Shown here in pieces: positions 54,741 through 54,811 of a DNA stretch of 54,811 nt (the first letter of the stretch is position 1; each line of letters opens with the position of its first letter). The DNA is from Candidatus Odinarchaeota archaeon (lineage in GTDB: Archaea; Asgardarchaeota; Odinarchaeia; Odinarchaeales; Odinarchaeaceae), in assembly GCA_038826135.1 (NCBI GenBank), contig JAWBON010000001.1:1-54811 (forward strand), written 5' to 3'. Made by a program: the position numbers and the translations under genes. The notes under the pieces are model-generated. The model was given only the letters and a program-made list of their open reading frames with translations, was not told the origin of the DNA and ran no database searches.

Positions 54741-54811
54741 ATTAACAAAGCTTATAAATAAATTATTTTATTGAATCTTCTAATCATATTCTTTATTTTC
54801 TGATTTGAAGG

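Noticed and set aside
1-54811. Mobile elements, prophage, defence islands, CRISPR arrays, toxin-antitoxin pairs, and rRNA/tRNA genes.
   Set aside because: I saw no transposase, integrase or recombinase motifs, no terminal inverted repeats flanking a block, no repeat-spacer periodicity, and no GC-rich cloverleaf-sized segments in the short intergenic gaps. Small non-coding RNAs cannot be excluded without covariance-model searches.

Overview
AT-rich, gene-dense chromosomal segment that is clearly archaeal: it has an HMf-type histone, A/V-type ATPase subunits I/C/K, TrmB and Lrp/AsnC regulators, endonuclease Q and archaeal-style TATA elements, and many genes carry GGAGG/GGTG Shine-Dalgarno sites. 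About 60 CDS are supported on both strands. Most are core functions: argS, gcvH, a complex-I membrane arm (split nuoJ, then nuoK-L-M-N), the A-ATPase membrane sector (atpI, atpC, atpK), trmI, pyrF, a complete ilvB-N-C-E-D operon, leuC-D-B, a TusA/DsrE-like/DsrEFH sulfur-relay cluster, and a NikR-like regulator divergent from a TroA/ZnuABC-type metal transporter. I could not support any rRNA, tRNA, CRISPR array, transposase, integrase or recognisable defence gene, so this looks like ordinary chromosome, not a mobile island. I cannot point to one demonstrable novel multi-gene system. The best novelty candidates are single genes or small clusters: (1) a 1639-aa cytoplasmic protein with about 1270 unassigned residues fused to a C-terminal GT4 glycosyltransferase; (2) a short, very divergent RtcB-like protein that keeps the RtcB metal and nucleophile motifs in the same order; (3) a GldG/IFT52-type GIFT domain fused to a long coiled coil; (4) an HtpX/M48 protease with a canonical EF-hand loop inserted; (5) a NikR-like regulator with one nickel ligand replaced (His to Gln), paired with a TroA-type transporter and repeated TAAGTTA half-sites; (6) an ORFan block of small helical proteins, one of which probably starts at a non-canonical codon. 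All family assignments come from motif recognition by eye; no searches were run.
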